NCBI GenBank assembly: GCA_046757405.1
Contig: JBHHYE010000001.1
Span: 69,900-133,899 of the forward strand
Direction: 5' to 3'
DNA from: Acidobacteriota bacterium
GTDB taxonomy: Bacteria; Acidobacteriota; Polarisedimenticolia; SMYD01
DNA length: 64,000 nt
Shown here: one piece after another, positions 1 through 9,438 of the stretch
Numbering within the stretch: the first letter of the stretch is position 1
How the letters are laid out: the number at the start of each line of letters is the position of its first letter
Made by a program: the position numbers and the translations under genes
Notes under the pieces: generated by a model
What the model was told of the DNA's origin: nothing
Database searches by the model: none
The model's input: only the letters and a program-made list of their open reading frames with translations

Positions 1-694
1 TGGCCACCTCGTGAAAAGAACCCTTCACCTTGGACCCGAAGGCCGCTGCCCGGACGCCGCCCACCCTGAGGCTTTCCGTGACCTTGACTTGCCGGGTGTC
101 GGGGTCGGTGGTCAGATTCGTGATCTGCACCAGGGAGCCTGGCTTCACGGTGGTGATGGAACCATCAAAATAGATGATCTGGGCCGAGCTTCTGGAGGCG
201 GTCTTGATGGCGTCGCCGAGCCGCAGTGGCTCATCGATGCTGGCGTCCTCCCAGATGAGATCGCCGGAACGCTTGACACTCACCTGCCCCGTGATCTTGT
301 AAAGGCGTACTTCCGTATGTGTGGTCTCCTCGGAACGCGCGATGTCAATGATCTTCTGCGAGTTATTGCGGCTGAGGATGGCCTTGACCCGGGACTCCTC
401 GAACCGCCCCTGCCCGAAGAGCCGGCGGGCATCCGACAGGTATTCCCGCGCCTTGGATCGGATGGCCGCCAGGCGCTCGCCGCCGGTGTAGGTGCCCGCT
501 TCGTGGTACAGGGCCTGGGCGGCGTCCACGGCGCGCCCGGCCAGAGCGCGGGGAGAATTGCGGCCATTGTACTGGAACCAGACCAGCCAGATGCCGGCCG
601 CCAGGCCCAGAACAATCATGGCCGTCAGGACCACGCTCCGGTACCTGACACTGACCCAATCCAGGTTCAGGCGCCGTTCCGGCTTGGCATGCAT
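1..694 (-). CDS. FecR-domain membrane protein, N-terminal part (gene continues beyond window start)
   Basis: Own minus-strand translation from the ATG at 694 (complement) gives MHAKPERRLNLDWVSVRYRSVVLTAMIVLGLAAGIWLVWF (TM anchor), later ...SAQIIYFDGSITTVKPGSLVQI, a FecR-like motif. Runs off the window, so it is absent from the ORF track. The + ORF 11..709 is the antisense artefact. Confidence 0.45.
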   Translation of the reverse strand, partial: MHAKPERRLNLDWVSVRYRSVVLTAMIVLGLAAGIWLVWFQYNGRNSPRALAGRAVDAAQALYHEAGTYTGGERLAAIRSKAREYLSDARRLFGQGRFEESRVKAILSRNNSQKIIDIARSEETTHTEVRLYKITGQVSVKRSGDLIWEDASIDEPLRLGDAIKTASRSSAQIIYFDGSITTVKPGSLVQITNLTTDPDTRQVKVTESLRVGGVRAAAFGSKVKGSFHEVA

Positions 695-857
695 GAGCCT
701 CTCCCTTGACCTGGGAAGAGATCACCGGCAGGTACAAACAGATCCGTGGATGGGTCTCCCCGGCGGCGACCCTCCCGGGCGAGGTGCAATATAGGGTCTC
801 ATCCAGGCAGATTCCAATCCGTGATCGGCATGGCCGCCGTCCCCGTGATCCTGTAGA

Positions 858-2825
858 ATGATTCCCATGCTGAAGTTGATGCGGGACAACCTCAAGTCGC
901 TCTCCTGGGTCCTCGCCCTGGTGGTGGCGGCCTTCGTGTTTGCCGTCTTTGCCGACTATGGCGGGCACAATGCGTGGTTGGGATCCACGTCGGCCTGGGC
1001 TGCCAGGGTGAACGGGCAGCCCATTCCGGTGCAGGACCTGTACACGGCCGCCCGGAACCTGGACAACTACTACCGCAATCTCCTGGGTGAAAGCTACGAT
1101 TCCCGCAAGCTGAACCTCAAGCTTGGCCAGCAAGCCGTCAATCAACTGGTCCAGGAGCAGCTCATTCTCGACCATGCCCATTCGCTGGGGCTGAAGGCCA
1201 CACCCGGGGAGATTGCCCGGGAGATTGTTCGGGACCCTTCCCTGCAACGAGACAAGGCGTTCATCGGTGTGGACCAGTACAAGACGATTCTCAAGCTCAA
1301 TGGCCTGGACCCGGCGGTGTACGAGGAATCCGTCGGCCGCCGCATCGTGCGCCAAAAATGGGCCGAACTCCTGACTGCTGGCGTGCATGTCAGCGACCGC
1401 CGGGTGGAGCAGGAGGTGCGAAAACGGGATGAGACAGCGGACCTGGTCTATGCCCAGTTCCGCAAGCAGGACCTGGCCGACAAGGTGGAGATCAACCAGG
1501 AAGAGCTGGCCTCCTTCTACGAGAAGAACAAAGATCGGTACAGGCGGGGAGAGGGCCGTATTTTCGACCTGGTTTTCTTCGACCGCCTGCAGGCCCGCGA
1601 CCAGGTCCAGGTCACGGAAGAGCAACTCCAGGCCGAGTATGACGCCTCGCTCCAGACCCGGTTCACCATCCCGGAAGAGCGCCGTGCCAGCCACATTCTC
1701 CTCAAGCTCCCTCCCGGGGCCACCGAGGAAGAACGCCGGGTCATCCGGCGGCGCGCCGAGGAGGTTCTGCAGCGGGTTCAGGCCGGTGAAGACTTCGCCA
1801 GCCTGGCCAAGGACCTGTCCGAGGACACCTCCGCTCCCAATGGCGGAGATCTGGGCTTCTTCAAGAAAGGTGTCATGACCCTCCCCTTCGAACAGGCCGT
1901 CTGGCAGTTGAAAGAGCCCGGGGAGGTCAGCGGCCTGATCCAGAGTGAGTTCGGCTACCACATCATTCAGCTCACCGGGATTCACCCGGCCCGCCTCAAG
2001 GCGTTCGAGGAGGTCCGGGACGAGCTCGAGAACGAGGTGGTCTTCCGGGAATCCGGAAAAGTCGTCCAGGAGCAGGCCGAGAGCTTCGTGGAGGCGGTCC
2101 GGGAGGCGCCCGACACCTTCAGGGACGAGGCGGCCCGGCGCACCCTGGTGGCCTCCCGGACTCCGGTGGTCTCCCCGGGAGATCCTATCCCGGGCCTGGG
2201 GGTCCACCCGGACCTGGAGCGTTCCCTTTTCGAGCTGGGCGAGGGTGCTGTGTCACCGGCCCTGGCCATTCCCCGCGGCTACGTGGTGGCCCGCTTCGTC
2301 GAGGCCCGCCCGGGCGGAGTTCCACCCCTCGAGGACATCGCCGACCGGGTGCGCGATGATCTGAAAAACGAGAAGGTAGAGGCCCAGGTCCACGAACTGG
2401 CGCGACAGGCCGCCGACCCGGCCCAGGGCGATCTGAAAGAGCGTGGCAAGGAAATGGGCTTCGAGGTCGAAGAGGTGGCGCAGGCCACCCGCGGTCTGTC
2501 CATCGGCACCCTCGGGATCCAGCCGGTTCTGGAAAAGGCTGTTTTCAGCGCCGAGATCGGCCGGATCAACGGCCCGCTGGATCTGCCCGATGGTCCGGTG
2601 CTCTTCCAGGTCACCTCCCGGAAGGAACTCACTCCCGAGGAGATCGCCCAGCGGAGTCTGGCGGTCCGGGACGAGTTGCTGGCGGGCCAGCGCCAGTTGC
2701 TCCTGGCCTCCATCACCCGCCAGCTCTCCCAGGCCGCCAACGTGGAGTACAATCTCGACCTCATCCAGCAGATCGACGGCACGAACACCCCCGCCAGCGC
2801 CGGCCCGGCAGCCACCCCCCAATGA
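858..2825 (+). CDS. ppiD: Periplasmic chaperone / peptidyl-prolyl isomerase PpiD-like (SurA N-domain plus parvulin domain)
   Basis: N-terminal TM anchor (LSWVLALVVAAFVF) and a parvulin PPIase core (ASHILLKLPPGATEEE...GGDLGFFKKGVMTLPFEQAVW...EFGYHIIQL). 655 aa, typical PpiD architecture. Confidence 0.8.
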   Translation: MIPMLKLMRDNLKSLSWVLALVVAAFVFAVFADYGGHNAWLGSTSAWAARVNGQPIPVQDLYTAARNLDNYYRNLLGESYDSRKLNLKLGQQAVNQLVQEQLILDHAHSLGLKATPGEIAREIVRDPSLQRDKAFIGVDQYKTILKLNGLDPAVYEESVGRRIVRQKWAELLTAGVHVSDRRVEQEVRKRDETADLVYAQFRKQDLADKVEINQEELASFYEKNKDRYRRGEGRIFDLVFFDRLQARDQVQVTEEQLQAEYDASLQTRFTIPEERRASHILLKLPPGATEEERRVIRRRAEEVLQRVQAGEDFASLAKDLSEDTSAPNGGDLGFFKKGVMTLPFEQAVWQLKEPGEVSGLIQSEFGYHIIQLTGIHPARLKAFEEVRDELENEVVFRESGKVVQEQAESFVEAVREAPDTFRDEAARRTLVASRTPVVSPGDPIPGLGVHPDLERSLFELGEGAVSPALAIPRGYVVARFVEARPGGVPPLEDIADRVRDDLKNEKVEAQVHELARQAADPAQGDLKERGKEMGFEVEEVAQATRGLSIGTLGIQPVLEKAVFSAEIGRINGPLDLPDGPVLFQVTSRKELTPEEIAQRSLAVRDELLAGQRQLLLASITRQLSQAANVEYNLDLIQQIDGTNTPASAGPAATPQ

Positions 2826-2950
2826 CGGGGTGGTGATCGGACCCCGAAATAGGAACCGGAACGGCAGCACCCTCCAGCATGTTTTCTGGCACTCCCGGCC
2901 CCGGGACCGGGGAACGGGTCTTGCTTCCGCAGGTCCATCCGGGAGGGACG

Positions 2951-3424
2951 ATGACGGTTCGATCGGCGGAGAACAGCTTCCAGAAGGGTCTCAAGATGCA
3001 GCGCGAGGGACGACTCCTCGAAGCCATGGCATATTTCGAGGCGGCCATGGTCGGTGACCGGAAGAGGAATCCTGGAGCACCAAACATGAAATACCAGTCG
3101 TACTTCGCGGTCTGCATGGCGGTGGTCACGCGCGACCTCAAGGAAGCCGTGAGCCTGTGCCGGAAGGCCGCCGAACGCGAGTTCTACAATCCCGAAATCT
3201 TTTACAATCTGGGCCGCATCCACCTTCTGTGCGGGGCGCGGCAACCGGCCGTGGAGGCTTATCTCCGGGGTCTGGGCATCGATCGCTCTCATCCAGGCAT
3301 GCGGGCCGAGATGCGCCGGCTTGGCCTGCGCCGCGCGCCTCTCTTCAGGTTCCTCCGCCGCGGCCACCTTCTGAACCGTCTCGCCGGCCAGCTGCGCACC
3401 AGCTTGCCTGGTCTGACCCGTTGA
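2951..3424 (+). CDS. Small TPR-repeat protein (CpoB/YbgF-like?)
   Basis: TPR-like helices (FQKGLKMQREGRLLEAMAYFEAA..., EIFYNLGRIHLLCGARQPAVEAYLRGL). Lies directly upstream of pal. The start is uncertain: the ORF opens at 2879 and an internal Met is at 2951. Confidence 0.4.
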   Translation: MTVRSAENSFQKGLKMQREGRLLEAMAYFEAAMVGDRKRNPGAPNMKYQSYFAVCMAVVTRDLKEAVSLCRKAAEREFYNPEIFYNLGRIHLLCGARQPAVEAYLRGLGIDRSHPGMRAEMRRLGLRRAPLFRFLRRGHLLNRLAGQLRTSLPGLTR

Positions 3425-3630
3425 GCTGCCGTCATGGAGGCCATCGGCCGGCTGGCCGGGCCGGCCGCCGCAGGGCGCTCCTAACCTATTGAAACAGAAA
3501 GGGGCGGGTGGTATGGTGGCGCCGGCCGTGGATCCTCTGGTCCGTTCGCGGCTTTATGGAGACTCCGACAAGACGCGCCCTTGGTGGCTCTCGCGGAGCC
3601 CAGCTGCCATCCAGATTGGGAGGTTGCCAA

Positions 3631-4179
3631 ATGAAGATGTCGAGACCGTGGATATCCATGCTGACACTGGTTCTGGCCGCCGGCTTGGTGGGCGTGCCCG
3701 GCTGCAAGAAGAAACCTCCCGCTCAGGAGCCTGCACCGCCGCCGCCGCCGGCCGTCAAACCCACCCCACCGCCGCCGCCTCCTCCGCCTCCAGAAGCGGA
3801 GCCGGAGCCCACGCCGCCGCCGCGCCCGACCCTGGCGACGCTGAACTCACAGTTGCGCGCCATTCACTACGATTTTGACAAGTCGGCCATCCGTGCCGAT
3901 GCCATGCCCATCCTGGACGCCAACGCCACGATCATGAACCGCTACCCTGATCTCAAGATTCTCGTCGCCGGTCATTGCGATGAGCGGGGAACCATCGAGT
4001 ATAACCTGGCCCTGGGAGACCGGCGGGCCAGTGCAGCACGGCAAGAGCTCGTCCGGCGGGGGGTCGCCGCTCGGCGAATATCGACCATTTCCTACGGCGA
4101 GGAACGGCCCCTCGATCCGGGACACAACGAAAGCGCCTGGGCCAAGAACCGGCGCGCCGAATTCCAGTTCGTACGTTAG
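3631..4179 (+). CDS. pal: Peptidoglycan-associated lipoprotein Pal (OmpA-family C-domain)
   Basis: Lipoprotein signal MKMSRPWISMLTLVLAAGLVGVPGC, a Pro-rich linker, then OmpA-like motifs (IHYDFDKSAI...LVAGHCDERGTIEYNLALGDRRA...NRRAEF). GGGAGG RBS at 3618-3623. Confidence 0.85.
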   Translation: MKMSRPWISMLTLVLAAGLVGVPGCKKKPPAQEPAPPPPPAVKPTPPPPPPPPPEAEPEPTPPPRPTLATLNSQLRAIHYDFDKSAIRADAMPILDANATIMNRYPDLKILVAGHCDERGTIEYNLALGDRRASAARQELVRRGVAARRISTISYGEERPLDPGHNESAWAKNRRAEFQFVR

Positions 4180-4189
4180 AAGAGCCGCG

Positions 4190-4819
4190 CTAGAAATAGT
4201 CCTTGACGCGCCTGTAGAGGGCTGCCGTGGCCACCACATCGGCGCGGCAGTACTCGGCGATCTCTTGCAGGCGGCCGGCCCGGTAAGCCTCTCCCACCTG
4301 GGCGCCGGTCAGGCCGCCCTTGGGAGAGGGAATGCCAAAAAGGCGGCAGAAAAAGTCGAGGCCGCCGTGGCGCTGCAGTCCGTCCTGGCTGAGAACCTCT
4401 CTCAGATCGTAGTGGGGTTGTCGGCTGTACCTGCGGCACACCAAGGCCAGCGTGGGCTTCACACCGAGAACGGCAGAACGCATCTTGAGGAAGGGAAAAT
4501 CAAACATCTTGCCGTTGAAGGTGATCTGCAGCTCGAAGGCCTTCACCAGGCCCCAGAATTCCTCGAGCAGCCGGGCCTCGTCGTCGGAGGCCAGGATCCG
4601 GCTCTGCTCCGTGTCCGGGTTGTGCATCCCGATGACAATCACCTTCCCGGTGGCTCCCCAGAGGCTGAACCGCTTCTCCGCCTCTGCCCGGCGCGCCCCA
4701 TCCATGGCCTCCTCCCGCTGCCCCGGATCGAACCAGCGGAGAAGATCTTCGCGGAAGCGCTCCGCGAACCCCGCCAGGGGCTGGCCAACGGTCTCGATGT
4801 CGATGACGGTCCGGCGCAC
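4190..4819 (-). CDS. Predicted 3'-5' exonuclease, RNase H-like fold (PolB-exonuclease-like, COG3298 type)
   Basis: N-terminal VIDIETVG (DEDD-type Exo I motif) and C-terminal YCRADVVATAALY (Exo III-like YxxxD). 209 aa. Confidence 0.55.
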   Translation of the reverse strand: MRRTVIDIETVGQPLAGFAERFREDLLRWFDPGQREEAMDGARRAEAEKRFSLWGATGKVIVIGMHNPDTEQSRILASDDEARLLEEFWGLVKAFELQITFNGKMFDFPFLKMRSAVLGVKPTLALVCRRYSRQPHYDLREVLSQDGLQRHGGLDFFCRLFGIPSPKGGLTGAQVGEAYRAGRLQEIAEYCRADVVATAALYRRVKDYF

Positions 4820-4912
4820 GGAATCCTCCTGCCGCCGGCATCATAGGCGGGCTTTTCGCCGCCGGCAACCTGCATGGCGGCATGGCGGCCCGCAGAGGTA
4901 AAATACCCCGCT

Positions 4913-7027
4913 ATGGAAGCCAGTCTGAAACCGCCTGATGGCCTTTCTTCCCTGGTCCACTGCCGAAGGCCAACGCGGCAAGTGATGATCGGATCGGTCG
5001 CGATCGGGGCCAACCATCCGATCCGTGTCCAGTCCATGACCACGCCGTCCACCACAGATGTGGAGGCGACCGTCCGCCAGATCCAGGCACTGGCGGCAGC
5101 CGGGTGCGAGATCGTACGGGTCTCCGTGCCCTCCACGGCCGATGTGAAAGCCCTGCCGAGGCTGCACCGGGCGCTCGGCAGCCTTCATCTCACCGTCCCC
5201 CTGGTGGCGGACGTTCACTTCTCGCCCCAGCTCGCGCTCATGGCCGCGCCCTGTGTCGAGAAGGTGCGCATCAATCCCGGCAACTACGCTGACAAGAAAC
5301 GGTTCAAGGTCTGGGAGTACACCGATCAGGAATACGCCGCCGAGCTGGAACGCATCGAGGAAAAGTTTGCACCGCTTGTGGAAGCCTGCCGCCGCCATGG
5401 CACCGCCATGCGGATCGGCACCAACCACGGCTCCCTTTCCGACCGCATCCTGAATCGATTCGGCGACACACCCCTGGGAATGGTCGAATCCGCTCTGGAG
5501 TTCGTCCGCATCTGCCGGCGTATGAACTTCCATGAGCTGGTGCTCTCCATGAAGGCCAGCCACCCCATGGTCGCCATCCAGGCCTACCGGTTGCTGGCGG
5601 CCCGCATGGCCGCCGAGGAATTGGATTATCCATTCCACCTGGGAGTGACCGAAGCAGGAGACGGCGAGGACGGCCGCGTCAAATCCGCCATCGGGATCGG
5701 CGCGCTCTTGCACGACGGCATCGGCGACACCATCCGGGTCTCTCTCACCGAGGATCCCGTGGCGGAAATCCCAGTCGCTCTGGCCCTGGTGGCGCCGTTC
5801 AACAAGAAGCGTTCTCCGGCGGGCGCCGACTTCCCTCCCGCGCCGGAAAGGGCGCCGGAGACCCGCTGGTCCGATGCCTACCAGCGCCGCGCGACCTCCC
5901 GCGTGAACCTGGGAACAGCCGCCTACGGAGCCCAGGAGCCTGTCCGCGTGGAGACGCTGCTCCCTGCGCCCCCGGCCTCGGACGGCGAGGCGCGGGCCCT
6001 GCTCACCCGCCTGGCTGGCGCCCAGGCGCCGCCGGAGGCCCGGACTGAGATCATGGAAGTGGTCATCCAGGACCCTTCCCAGGTGGACCGCCTGGAAGCG
6101 CTGGTTTCCCTGGCCGGAGAACTGGCACCCACCCTGTCGGTCTGCGCCCGGCCCACCGCCGCCTTTCTGCAAGCCGAGACCCAGGGGGAGTTCACCCGGA
6201 TTCTCAGGATGGTTCAAAGGGTCGCCTTCCGGATCCACGCTCCCCTGGCGGGAAATGGCCTCCTCAAACGCAGTATCGGGCTTGACCTGGCCTGCGCCGC
6301 CGGCAAGCCCATTTGCTGGATCATCGCCCCCGCCACACCCGGGACACCCGCGGAGGCCGCCTGCCGGCTGGCGCTGGATCTCCTGGCCCGAACCCACCGC
6401 GCCGGCCTGCCCCAGGTCACGGTTGGCCTGGAGCCCGGCTTTTCCACGTCTCCGACCCACGCCTACCGGCTCCTGGCCGCCCACCTGAATGTCAGCGGGC
6501 CGCGCGTTCCACTGGTCCTGGTGGATGATCTGCCGTCCTCCGGCCCCCACCGGTCCTTGCCGTGTGCCGTGCATCTCGGCTCCTTGCTCTGCGACGGCAT
6601 CGGCGACACTTTCCGCCTGGAATGCCGCGATGCCCGGGGCGGGCCATCCGGCGCGGTGGCCATCCTGGAGAAGGCCCGGGACCTCAGCTACACCATCCTT
6701 CAGGGCAGCCGGATCCGCATCGTCAAGACCGAGTTCATCTCGTGCCCCTCCTGCGGCCGCACCCAGTTCGATCTGGAAGAAACCACCCGGCGTATCAAGT
6801 CCCGGACCGCACACCTCAAGGGGTTGAAAATCGCCGTCATGGGGTGTGTGGTGAATGGGCCCGGCGAAATGGCAGACGCCGATTTCGGATATGTGGGGTG
6901 GGGCCCCGGCAAGGTGGCGCTCTTCGTGGGCCGCGAGATGGTCGCCAGGGATGTTCCCACGGCCGAGGCGGATGAACACCTGGTCGACTTGATCCGGGCC
7001 CACGGCCGGTGGATCGAGCCCGTGTAA
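4913..7027 (+). CDS. ispG: 4-hydroxy-3-methylbut-2-enyl diphosphate synthase IspG/GcpE, long form with central insertion domain
   Basis: VMIGSVAIGANHPIRVQSMTTP, GCEIVRVSVP, RINPGN, and the C-terminal 4Fe-4S domain FISCPSCGRTQFDL...GCVVNGPGE. About 700 aa, typical of long-form IspG. ATG 4913 has GAGGT upstream; alternative starts at 4874 and 4882. Confidence 0.9.
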   Translation: MEASLKPPDGLSSLVHCRRPTRQVMIGSVAIGANHPIRVQSMTTPSTTDVEATVRQIQALAAAGCEIVRVSVPSTADVKALPRLHRALGSLHLTVPLVADVHFSPQLALMAAPCVEKVRINPGNYADKKRFKVWEYTDQEYAAELERIEEKFAPLVEACRRHGTAMRIGTNHGSLSDRILNRFGDTPLGMVESALEFVRICRRMNFHELVLSMKASHPMVAIQAYRLLAARMAAEELDYPFHLGVTEAGDGEDGRVKSAIGIGALLHDGIGDTIRVSLTEDPVAEIPVALALVAPFNKKRSPAGADFPPAPERAPETRWSDAYQRRATSRVNLGTAAYGAQEPVRVETLLPAPPASDGEARALLTRLAGAQAPPEARTEIMEVVIQDPSQVDRLEALVSLAGELAPTLSVCARPTAAFLQAETQGEFTRILRMVQRVAFRIHAPLAGNGLLKRSIGLDLACAAGKPICWIIAPATPGTPAEAACRLALDLLARTHRAGLPQVTVGLEPGFSTSPTHAYRLLAAHLNVSGPRVPLVLVDDLPSSGPHRSLPCAVHLGSLLCDGIGDTFRLECRDARGGPSGAVAILEKARDLSYTILQGSRIRIVKTEFISCPSCGRTQFDLEETTRRIKSRTAHLKGLKIAVMGCVVNGPGEMADADFGYVGWGPGKVALFVGREMVARDVPTAEADEHLVDLIRAHGRWIEPV

Positions 7028-7033
7028 GGCAGG

Positions 7034-7306
7034 TTACCGGGGCAGCAGCAAAGCCTTCCGTTCCAGCGCCAGGAGGGTGTTTTCCAGGTCCGTCCGCACA
7101 TCAGCGCCGCGCGGAACCTCGAAGTTCGCGCTGATCTCTTGTTCCATCTCCTCCACGGTGTGCTTACCGTCGCAGAGTTCCCAGATGAATTCCGCGGTCT
7201 CGTTGAGAACGTGGAAAGTGTTGGAAGCACTGTCGTAGAGCATTCGCTGACGACGGGTGGACCGCGCGTGCACACCGGGCCTGCTGCGTGGCTTCCATTC
7301 GGTCAT
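7034..7306 (-). CDS. PqqD-family protein (RiPP recognition element-like small peptide chaperone), orphan
   Basis: MLYDSASNTFHVLNETAEFIWELCDGKHTVEEMEQEISANFEV matches the PqqD/RRE winged-helix pattern. The ORF opens at 7306 (GGAGG 13 nt upstream); an alternative start is the Met at 7243. Confidence 0.55.
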   Translation of the reverse strand: MTEWKPRSRPGVHARSTRRQRMLYDSASNTFHVLNETAEFIWELCDGKHTVEEMEQEISANFEVPRGADVRTDLENTLLALERKALLLPR

Positions 7307-7343
7307 CTGAGGTCGAATGCCTCCGTCTGAGTAAAGGTGGCTC

Positions 7344-8321
7344 CTATCCTTTCCCTTTGGCGTCCTTGACCACCTTGGTCAAAGCCGGGACGATCTCGAA
7401 CAGGTCCCCCACCACGCCCACGTCCGCCACTTCGAAGATGGGTGCTTCCCGGTCCCGGTTGATGGCAATGATGTATCCCGATTGTTTCATGCCGGCCACG
7501 TGCTGTATCGCGCCCGAGATGCCCGCCGCGATGTAAAGTTTCGGCTTGACCGTGACACCGGAGGATCCGACCTGGTGCTCGTGAGGGAGCCAGCCGGCGT
7601 CGGTGACCGGACGCGAGGCCCCCACCTGGCCCCCCAGGGCGTCGGCCAGTTCATGAATGATGGAGAACTTCTCCGCCCCCCCGACCGACCGACCGCCTGA
7701 GACAATGATGTCGGCGGCCGCCAGATCGACTTTTCCCTTGGGCGCAGAGCGCACCTCGATCGGTTTTTGGCGGATCGACCCGGCATCAAGACCCGGCTGA
7801 ATCGTCTTCACCTGCCCGGACGTCTCGCCCTCGAAGACAGGGAAGGATCCTTTCTGGATGGTGGCCACAAGCGGTGAGCCGCTCATTTGCATCTTCACCT
7901 GCAACTTGCCGTTGAACATCATCCGCTGCCAGATACCGGCCGAGGGATCCACATGAACCACCTCCGTGAGCGCCGGCAGGGAATGCATCGCCGCGAGCCG
8001 CGGTGCCACATCCCAGCCCAGCGGCGTGTGTGAGAACAGGACCACCGAGATGTCCTCATCGGCGATGAGCTTTTTCAGCGCCAGCGCATAACCATCCGCG
8101 GTGTAGGAAGCCAGACAGGGATCCGCCAGCGCGTAAACCTGGTCGCCTCCGCGGGCCGCCGCCTCGCGAGCCTCCCGCGACGGGTCCGCCCCCAGAACAG
8201 CCACGCAAGCCGTGCCGCCGCTCGCCTCCGCGAGCCGGCGGCTCAGCGTGACGATCTCGTAGGCGCTCTCCCGCACCCGCCCACCCTCTGCCTCGGCCAC
8301 CGCCAGGAACCGTCCAGCCAT
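7344..8321 (-). CDS. etfA: Electron transfer flavoprotein alpha subunit
   Basis: Full-length EtfA similarity including the FAD-binding C-terminal region (PKLYIAAGISGAIQHVAGMKQSGYIIAINRD). Confidence 0.9.
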   Translation of the reverse strand: MAGRFLAVAEAEGGRVRESAYEIVTLSRRLAEASGGTACVAVLGADPSREAREAAARGGDQVYALADPCLASYTADGYALALKKLIADEDISVVLFSHTPLGWDVAPRLAAMHSLPALTEVVHVDPSAGIWQRMMFNGKLQVKMQMSGSPLVATIQKGSFPVFEGETSGQVKTIQPGLDAGSIRQKPIEVRSAPKGKVDLAAADIIVSGGRSVGGAEKFSIIHELADALGGQVGASRPVTDAGWLPHEHQVGSSGVTVKPKLYIAAGISGAIQHVAGMKQSGYIIAINRDREAPIFEVADVGVVGDLFEIVPALTKVVKDAKGKG

Positions 8322-9110
8322 TCAGATGAGCCCCGTGTGTTCCCGGATCCGCTTGACCAGCTCGGCGGCGATCTCTTCACTGGAACCGGACAAGATCTCC
8401 CCGCCCTCCTTCTTGGGAGGCAAGTGGAGATCAAAAAATTTGATGCGCGCCCCGGCGCGGCCCACCTGGGCCGGCTCCAGCCCGAGGTCCTCCGGGGAGA
8501 GCGCTTTCAGCTCTTTCTTCTTCGCCGCCATGATCCCCTTGATGGAAGCATAACGGGGTTCGTTGAGGCCGGTCTGCACCGCCAGAAGAGCCGGAAAAGG
8601 GAGTTCCAGGACTTCCCGGCGGTCGTTTTCAAGCTCCCGTTCCACCCGCACCCCGCCGGCGATGCCCTCGATCCGCATGACCGCCGTGGCATGCGGCACT
8701 CCCAGCCGTTCGGCCAGGAGGACCGGCGTCTGGGTGAGATTCAGGTCATCACTCTGCAGGCCGCACAGGATCAGATCGGGAGACTCGGGGCCCAGGGCAG
8801 CGGCCAGGGCGGTGGCGTTGGACCAGGGGTCTCCGCCCTGAAAGGCGGGGTCCTTCAGGTGAATGGCACGGTCCGCCCCGGTGGCCAGGCAGGTTTTCAA
8901 GGCCTGCGCCGCTCGCTCAGGGCCGATGGTGACAGCCACCACCTGGCATTCGCCGGCGTCCTTGAACCTGAGGGCCGCCTCCAGCGCGTACCGGTCATAA
9001 CCGTTGATCTCGAAACTGAGGCCGCTCTCGACGATCCCCGTCTTCGCGGCATCGATGGACAGGGTCGCCTCGGAGTCCGGAACCTGCTTGACGCAGACAG
9101 CGATCTTCAT
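8322..9110 (-). CDS. etfB: Electron transfer flavoprotein beta subunit
   Basis: MKIAVCVKQVPD N-terminus and conserved EtfB core. Its stop is adjacent to the etfA start. Confidence 0.9.
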   Translation of the reverse strand: MKIAVCVKQVPDSEATLSIDAAKTGIVESGLSFEINGYDRYALEAALRFKDAGECQVVAVTIGPERAAQALKTCLATGADRAIHLKDPAFQGGDPWSNATALAAALGPESPDLILCGLQSDDLNLTQTPVLLAERLGVPHATAVMRIEGIAGGVRVERELENDRREVLELPFPALLAVQTGLNEPRYASIKGIMAAKKKELKALSPEDLGLEPAQVGRAGARIKFFDLHLPPKKEGGEILSGSSEEIAAELVKRIREHTGLI

Positions 9111-9297
9111 GGCCTTTCCTTGGAGAAAGCCCGCTGCCGATCTTCGACCGGCAACGGACTCACAGCCATCCCTCGACGGAAAGTCGGAGATCCGGGACTC
9201 CCCTCTCTTGCCACTTGAGACTTGATCTAGGAATTACATTCTAGCATGTCGGCTCAGACGCCAGGTGGTCGAGTGCAGGCCTGCCTTCCTCCATACG

Positions 9298-9373
9298 TGG
9301 TGGAGCTGACGGGGATCGAACCCGTGACCTCGTGAATGCCATTCACGCGCGCTCCCAGCTGCGCCACAGCCCC
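9298..9373 (-). tRNA. tRNA-Ala (anticodon GGC)
   Basis: Reverse complement reads GGGGCTGTGGCGCAGCTGGGAGCGCGCGTGAATGGCATTCACGAGGTCACGGGTTCGATCCCCGTCAGCTCCACCA. It has a cloverleaf with the G3:U70 identity pair, anticodon loop AUGGCAU, a TTCGATC T-loop and an encoded CCA. Confidence 0.85.
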
Positions 9374-9438
9374 GAAAATGCGAGCCGGATGCTACCAGAG
9401 GCATGCGCGGTGAATCAAGAACACGGCCAGGTGCCGGT

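Noticed and set aside
11-709. 232-aa plus-strand ORF at the window start
   Set aside because: The opposite strand encodes a FecR-like membrane protein with a sensible TM anchor and start. The plus-frame product is low-complexity.
363-2207. 614-aa minus-strand ORF overlapping the ppiD-like gene (likewise 4841..7003-, 12565..14352-, 16600..18201-, 22610..24700-, 28471..30186-, 34424..36151-, 37290..38702-, 57237..59579+, 59297..60931-, 60940..62379-, 62907..63995-)
   Set aside because: Each is antisense to a gene with clear family-level homology and is Arg/Gly/Pro/Ala-rich low-complexity sequence typical of open antisense frames in ~67% GC DNA. No recognisable motifs.
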